A stretch of 64,000 nucleotides of DNA from Myxococcales bacterium (lineage in GTDB: Bacteria; Myxococcota_A; UBA9042; JABWCM01; BTVJ01), in contig BTVJ01000007.1 in the NCBI GenBank assembly GCA_045863395.1, positions 64,001-128,000 of the forward strand, read 5' to 3'. This document shows positions 59,050 to 64,000 of the stretch, one piece after another. The translations under genes and the position numbers were made by a program. Each line of letters begins with the position of its first letter. Position 1 is the first letter of the stretch. The notes below the pieces were generated by a model. That model made no database searches. It saw nothing but the letters and a program-made list of their open reading frames with translations, and was not told the origin of the DNA.

Positions 59050-60335
59050 GATGGTTCGTCCTGGCGCTGCTCGTGGCCTGCGGAGGGTCGCCGCCCGAGC
59101 CCGCGGACTCCGGGTGGGCCGATGTGGGCGCCTTCGACGCGGGGGCGCTGGACGTGGGCGATTCGGGTGGGCCGACGGACACGACCGGCGGCGCCGGTGA
59201 CACCACGGCGCCCGACGGGCCAAAGCTCCTGCGCATCGACGTGAAGGTGGGGGCCAAGGCGTGGGATCACCTCCACGCGGACCCCAACGGGACGGATGAG
59301 ATCGAGGTGGAGCTGACCGTCGGCGGCCAGACCTTTCCCGGCACGGAGATGGAGCTGCACGGAGGCTTCGCGCGCACCGTCCCAAAGAAGTCGTATCGCT
59401 TCTCCATCGACGACGACTTTGGCTCCGAGCTGGACCTGTTCGGCGACGGCGTGGAGCGCCAGCGCCGCTTCGTGCTCAAGGCGTCCTGGAATGATCGCAC
59501 GTGGATGCGTGGCCCCCTGACCATGGACCTGCTGCGGGAGGCCGGCGGCCTGGCGCCCCGGGAGCGCCACGCCGAGCTGTACGTCAATGGCGGCTACTTC
59601 GGCCTCTACGTGCTCGTGGAGCGCATCGACAAGCTCTACCTGAAGCGGCAGGGCCTCGAGAAGGACAAGGCGAGCCTCTACAAGGCGGAGAACCACAACG
59701 CCAACTGGAAGCCCAAGGCCGATCCGCTGGCTGGCTATGATCAGGAGCTGGGGAAGGAGGGGGACGTGGGGGACCTCGCCGCCCTCCTCGACGCCTGCGG
59801 CAAGACGGAGACGACCGCCGAGGCCTTCGCGGCCAAGGTGGAGCCGTGGCTGTCCCTGGAGGACTTCGTCCGCTGGCAGCGCGTCAACACCTACGCCGAC
59901 AACAAGGACACCTACACCAAGAACTACCTGCTCCACCACGACAGGGCCGCGTCCTACGGCGCTCCCACCCACCCGTTTCGCTTGATTGCGTGGGACGCGG
60001 ACGCGACCTGGGGCAACAACTGGGACGGCGAGCCGCTGGAGCCCGACGCAGGTGCCTGGCATGGCACGGACGGCTTCTCCCCGCGGCTGTTCTCCATACC
60101 CGCGTGGCGGTCGTCCTACCTTGCGGCGTATGAGGACGCCCTGGCCGGTCCGTTCCGCCCGGATGCCATCGGCGAGCGCATCTCTGCCCTGACCTTCAAG
60201 CTCCGTGCGGCGGCCATGAAGGACCTGGCCAAGTGGCAGCCGGGGTTCTCCTTCGACGCGGAGATCGCGCGGCTGCGGTGGGCCGTCGAGCAGCGCCACG
60301 AGCGCATGAGCGCCGTGATCGGCGCACTGAAGTGA
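59046..60335 (+). CDS. CotH kinase family lipoprotein
   Basis: GTGA overlap; lipobox LVAC; PKKSY, NGGYFGLYVLVERID, NKDTYTKNY, AWDADATWG. Confidence 0.88.
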   Translation: MRWFVLALLVACGGSPPEPADSGWADVGAFDAGALDVGDSGGPTDTTGGAGDTTAPDGPKLLRIDVKVGAKAWDHLHADPNGTDEIEVELTVGGQTFPGTEMELHGGFARTVPKKSYRFSIDDDFGSELDLFGDGVERQRRFVLKASWNDRTWMRGPLTMDLLREAGGLAPRERHAELYVNGGYFGLYVLVERIDKLYLKRQGLEKDKASLYKAENHNANWKPKADPLAGYDQELGKEGDVGDLAALLDACGKTETTAEAFAAKVEPWLSLEDFVRWQRVNTYADNKDTYTKNYLLHHDRAASYGAPTHPFRLIAWDADATWGNNWDGEPLEPDAGAWHGTDGFSPRLFSIPAWRSSYLAAYEDALAGPFRPDAIGERISALTFKLRAAAMKDLAKWQPGFSFDAEIARLRWAVEQRHERMSAVIGALK

Positions 60336-60393
60336 CCGCCGGCGCTGTCCCTGGCGACGCGGTCCCGCTATCATCGCCCGCCCGGAGGTGTTC

Positions 60394-61140
60394 ATGAAGC
60401 TGCGCCCCCTCATCGCGCGCCTCAATGGCGCCACCAACACGCTCTACCGCCGCCTGGCGACCCGGCCCCACTACTTGGAGGTCTACGGCCGCATGGTGGA
60501 TCGGGCGGTGATGGACTCCGACGCCATCATTCATCTGGGCTGCGGGCCCCTTGGCTTCGACCAGGTGTGCCGGGTGCCGCTCCAGGGCAAGACCGTCTAC
60601 GCCGTGGACCCCGACGCCGAGGCCCTCGCGCGGAACCCGTGCCCCAACCGCATCGTCGCCTATGGGGAGGCGGTGCCGCTGCCGAGTGGATGCGCGGACA
60701 CGGTGGTGCTGGAGCACGTCGTGGAGCACCTGGATGATCCCGCCGCCGTGCTGCGCGAGGCGCACCGGCTGCTGCGGCCGGGCGGCCGGGTGGTGTTCAC
60801 CACGCCCAACCTCCTGTCCTACTCGGGGCTGGCGACGCACCTCACGCCGATGCAGTTCCACGTCTGGTATCTGGGGCTGATGAGGCGGGGAGGCTCGGGG
60901 GGCAAGCGGGACCCGTACCCCACGGTGTTCCACATGAACACCATCGGGAAGATCCGGCAGATCGCAGCGGACACGGGCTTCGAGGTGGAGGAGCTCTCCA
61001 CGGGCGTCGACTGGCCCACCTACACCTGGCCACTGCCGGTCATCCACCAGCTCGCGGCGCTCTGGCACCTGGTCCTGGACCGCGTGGAGGCCCTCGCACC
61101 GCTCCGGATCACGCTCACCGTGTCGCTGCGCAGGGCGTGA
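60394..61140 (+). CDS. Class I SAM-dependent methyltransferase
   Basis: HLGCG, AVDPD, VVEHLDDP, LLRPGGRVVFTTPN. Confidence 0.88.
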   Translation: MKLRPLIARLNGATNTLYRRLATRPHYLEVYGRMVDRAVMDSDAIIHLGCGPLGFDQVCRVPLQGKTVYAVDPDAEALARNPCPNRIVAYGEAVPLPSGCADTVVLEHVVEHLDDPAAVLREAHRLLRPGGRVVFTTPNLLSYSGLATHLTPMQFHVWYLGLMRRGGSGGKRDPYPTVFHMNTIGKIRQIAADTGFEVEELSTGVDWPTYTWPLPVIHQLAALWHLVLDRVEALAPLRITLTVSLRRA

Positions 61141-61143
61141 GGC

Positions 61144-63171
61144 TCACTGTGGCGTGTACCAGATCGGCGACGTCCAGGCGCGCTCCTGCGTCGTCTTCGT
61201 TACGGCAGGGTCCGTGCAGGCCGCCGGGCGCTCCGGCTCGGGGAGGGACAGGCACTCCCAGGCGTTGTAGCGGCAGCTCGGGTTCTCGATGACCCGCACG
61301 TACCAAAGAGCGCGCTGAGCGGGGTCGAAGGTGGGGTCTTCCCACACCGCGCAGAGGGAGTCGGCGCCTGCGCCGACAGGGGCGCAGGTGGCCGGGTCCA
61401 CCGAGGCCCCGTTCGTCGGGTCGCCCGCCACGTCCCACACCTGCTCGTGGCCCGCGCCATCTGCGTCCACCCACCCCTTGACGATCTGGACTCGCTGGAG
61501 CTGCACCCCTGGCAGGTCCGGGGTGCCCGGATCGCGCTGCGCCAGCACGACGAAGCGCGGGGCGTCCGTCGCCGGCAGGTCGCCGCCCATGGGAACGCCG
61601 CTGGCGTAGCCCTTCTCCACCAGGTCCGGATCGTCGCACAGGTCTGCCGGGTAGCTCCCGCCGAAGAAGCGCACCGTGATGCGCGGCCCGCTGGTCGCGA
61701 AGACCTCGCGGCGCCGCAGCGCCTCGAAGATCGCATCCCTGGACTTCTCCACCGCCCAGACGCCGGCCAGCCCGCCGGGGGTGTTCATGATGCCGCCGGG
61801 AAGGAGCCCACCGACGCCGAGGCGCTTCTCCGGCGTGTCGTCCTCCAGGCCCACGTGGCCGGGGAAGCCTGGCTCATCAACCGCTCCGGGGGTGCCGTTG
61901 TGGGTGTCCGTGCTCCCGATGAGGCCGAGCTTGTAGGGGTTGGCGCCGATGCGCGCCTCCTCGCGGAGGCCCTCGACCAGCGTGGTGCGCACGAAGTCGA
62001 GGCGGGAGACGCACCCCAGGTTGACCATGCCGCCCTCGCCGACACCGTCGCCGCAGTCCTCGAAGGGCGGCTTGCGGAGCTTCTCGAAGGTGCACAGCTC
62101 GTCGGGGGGGCCGAGCGGGCTCGCGAGGCCGGGGCTGCACTCCGAGTCGCCCTTGTGCTGGAAGACCTCGACGAGCGGCTCCATGGCGACACGCTCCGCT
62201 GCGGCGGCCCCCTGCTCAGCGAGGGTCTGCGCCTGGCCGTACTCGATGGCGAACATGCGCCCGTTGCTCCAGTTGGAGTTGTGGGGAATCGCCAGCACGT
62301 CGCACCCCGTCGCGGCCTCCAGGCAGGCGCCCCGTAGGGCGGCCCACAGGCCACGCGGCTCGGGCTCGTCGAAGTAGTGGACGGGCAGGGCCGGCACGGC
62401 CGCGTTCCTGAAGATCACGTTGCGGTGGATGTTGCTCACGTAGGGCGAGCCCGAGTACTCGTAGCCCACGAAGGTCGTGAAGGTGCAGGCCGCTGTCCGG
62501 TCGTAGAAGTCCTCGGCCGCGTCTTGAAGCTCCTGCCAGATGGTGCTCGCCTCGGCTGCGCAGAGGGCCCCGTCCTCTCCACAGATGCCGGCGGGGTGGG
62601 AGGGGGCTGGCTTGGACAGGCGGATGCCCAGGGTCGGGACTCCGCCGACGCCCGTGTAGCTCTTGCACATGGCCGAGTCTGCCGCCGGGCCGTCGCCGGC
62701 GCACAGCGACGTCTCCGCCATCAGCTCCGCGTGGTCCGTGACCGCCGCGAAGTCCAAGGGGCGCCGGAGCCGCACCTCCCGGGTCCCCTTGCCGTCCGGG
62801 CCCAGCGGGGGGAGCCAGACGGACTCGCCCCGCGCGAAGGCGTAGGCCTGCGCCGGGGTCGTGCGGACGTCGTAGCGCGAGGCGTCGAAGGAGTACGCCG
62901 TGTGGACGTGGAGGTCACCGAAGTAGGCGTTGCGAAGCGGGTTGCGGTCCGCGCAGGGCTCCCGGTCCTCCGTCAGCGTGACCAGCGTCGTGTCGTCCGA
63001 GCCTGGCTGCACGTCGCTTGCGCCTGTGGGCGCGTCGGACCCGGTGGTGTCCGCCTCGACCGTGGGGGTGTCCCCTTGAGGCGCTGCGTTGGTGTCGGTG
63101 TGGTGAGCGGCGCCGTCGGGATCGGTGCAGGCCACTCCCAGGACAACCAGCATGGGCAGGGCGACCTTCAC
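61144..63171 (-). CDS. DUF3604 family (PHP-like metallohydrolase) lipoprotein
   Basis: FGDLHVHTAYSFDA, AVTDHAE, HRNVIFR, IPHNSNWSNG, QHKGDSEC, STDTHNG, QERAWTSPIWY. Confidence 0.9.
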   Translation of the reverse strand: MKVALPMLVVLGVACTDPDGAAHHTDTNAAPQGDTPTVEADTTGSDAPTGASDVQPGSDDTTLVTLTEDREPCADRNPLRNAYFGDLHVHTAYSFDASRYDVRTTPAQAYAFARGESVWLPPLGPDGKGTREVRLRRPLDFAAVTDHAELMAETSLCAGDGPAADSAMCKSYTGVGGVPTLGIRLSKPAPSHPAGICGEDGALCAAEASTIWQELQDAAEDFYDRTAACTFTTFVGYEYSGSPYVSNIHRNVIFRNAAVPALPVHYFDEPEPRGLWAALRGACLEAATGCDVLAIPHNSNWSNGRMFAIEYGQAQTLAEQGAAAAERVAMEPLVEVFQHKGDSECSPGLASPLGPPDELCTFEKLRKPPFEDCGDGVGEGGMVNLGCVSRLDFVRTTLVEGLREEARIGANPYKLGLIGSTDTHNGTPGAVDEPGFPGHVGLEDDTPEKRLGVGGLLPGGIMNTPGGLAGVWAVEKSRDAIFEALRRREVFATSGPRITVRFFGGSYPADLCDDPDLVEKGYASGVPMGGDLPATDAPRFVVLAQRDPGTPDLPGVQLQRVQIVKGWVDADGAGHEQVWDVAGDPTNGASVDPATCAPVGAGADSLCAVWEDPTFDPAQRALWYVRVIENPSCRYNAWECLSLPEPERPAACTDPAVTKTTQERAWTSPIWYTPQ

Positions 63172-63174
63172 CCG

Positions 63175-63999
63175 TCAGCTCTGAGCGCCGGAGCGCCGAC
63201 GCAGGGACCAGGCGCGGCGACGGGTCGCAAAGGCAATCGCCGCGAGGGTCAGCGCCAGCCATGGGCCAGCGGCGCCAGACCGCGTGGACGTGCATCCGCC
63301 GGACGTCGTGCCCTGGTCGTAGATGACCGGCTGGTTGGCGCCCTGGCCCGAGCCGCCCGCTCCGCCGGCGTCCGTCCCGCTGCCACCACCGGCGCCACCC
63401 GCCCCCCCGCCTGCACCACCACCACCGGCACCACCACCGGCACCACCACCGGCACCACCACCGGCACCACCACCGCCTCCGGCGTCGTCACCACCGCCCC
63501 CGCCCCCACCACCGCCTCCGGCGTCGTCACCACCGCCCCCGCCCCCACCACACCCCTCGTCGATCGCACCGTCGCAGTCGTCGTCGCGCCCGTTGTCGCA
63601 GATCTCCGTCGCCCCCGGGTACACGGCGGCCTTCGTGTCGTCGCAGTCGTCCGGTAGACACGCGCCGTCGCCGTCGCCGTCCACACACGCGCCGCAGCCG
63701 TCGTCCGCCGTGCCGTTGCAGTCGTCGTCGCGGCCGTTCTCGCAGACCTCCGCCGCGTCGGGGTGCACCTTCGGGTCGCCGTCGTTGCAGTCGTCCTCGA
63801 CGCAGTAGCCGTCCCCGTCCGCGTCCGTACAGGCGTCGCAGCCCTCGTCCTTCTGACCGTCACAGTCGTTGTCCCGGTTGTCGCCGCACTTCTCCGTGGC
63901 GCCGGGATGGATGGCGGCGTCACCGTCGTGGCAGTCGTCGGCCTCGCAGTAGCCGTCCCCGTCGGCGTCCGTGCAGTCGCAGTCCTCGTCCGTCGCTCC
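63175..63999 (-). CDS. MopE-like repeat surface protein with MYXO-CTERM-like tail, 3' part only
   Basis: DCxDxxxxxxPGAxExCxxxxDxDCDG repeats; Gly-rich linker; GGC...hydrophobic helix...RRR. Confidence 0.85.
   Translation of the reverse strand, partial: GATDEDCDCTDADGDGYCEADDCHDGDAAIHPGATEKCGDNRDNDCDGQKDEGCDACTDADGDGYCVEDDCNDGDPKVHPDAAEVCENGRDDDCNGTADDGCGACVDGDGDGACLPDDCDDTKAAVYPGATEICDNGRDDDCDGAIDEGCGGGGGGGDDAGGGGGGGGGGDDAGGGGGAGGGAGGGAGGGAGGGGAGGGAGGAGGGSGTDAGGAGGSGQGANQPVIYDQGTTSGGCTSTRSGAAGPWLALTLAAIAFATRRRAWSLRRRSGAQS
63417..63550. repeat. Coding tandem repeats (12-bp CACCACCACCGG x4+, then 39-bp x2) in Gly-rich linker
   Basis: Exact copies at 63417, 63429, 63441, 63453; 39-bp period at 63471/63510. 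Confidence 0.85.
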
Positions 64000-64000
64000 G

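Overview
Very GC-rich bacterial DNA, most consistent with Myxococcota: MYXO-CTERM-like tails, many Cys-rich lipoproteins, MopE/TSP3-like repeats and CotH kinases. I recognised no rRNA, tRNA, CRISPR array, integrase or transposase. The backbone carries a flavin oxidoreductase, an epimerase, TetR, an OPT transporter, pirin, an FMN reductase, a 9-heme cytochrome c plus cytochrome b, and a large surface-protein cluster. Most notable: (1) a translationally coupled nitrogenase-like nifH/D/K trio that lacks nitrogenase cofactor ligands and nif accessory genes, plus a collapsed relic copy 4 kb away that ties the trio to a Cys-rich lipoprotein; (2) an 8-kb minus-strand block encoding a divergent ECF-sigma-like protein, a possible toxin, a possible anti-sigma, a 1000-aa protein with a Lon-type Ser-Lys protease domain, and a decaying JAB?/E2/small-peptide/E1(ThiF) module; (3) a second Lon-type protease domain with identical catalytic spacing, fused to a multi-pass membrane protein, beside a similar partner gene. 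Together (2) and (3) suggest a CRISPR-independent protease/anti-sigma/sigma signalling or defence system. (4) A lipase-fold lipoprotein has Cys in place of the nucleophilic Ser. All family calls come from motif reading by eye; no database searches were run.
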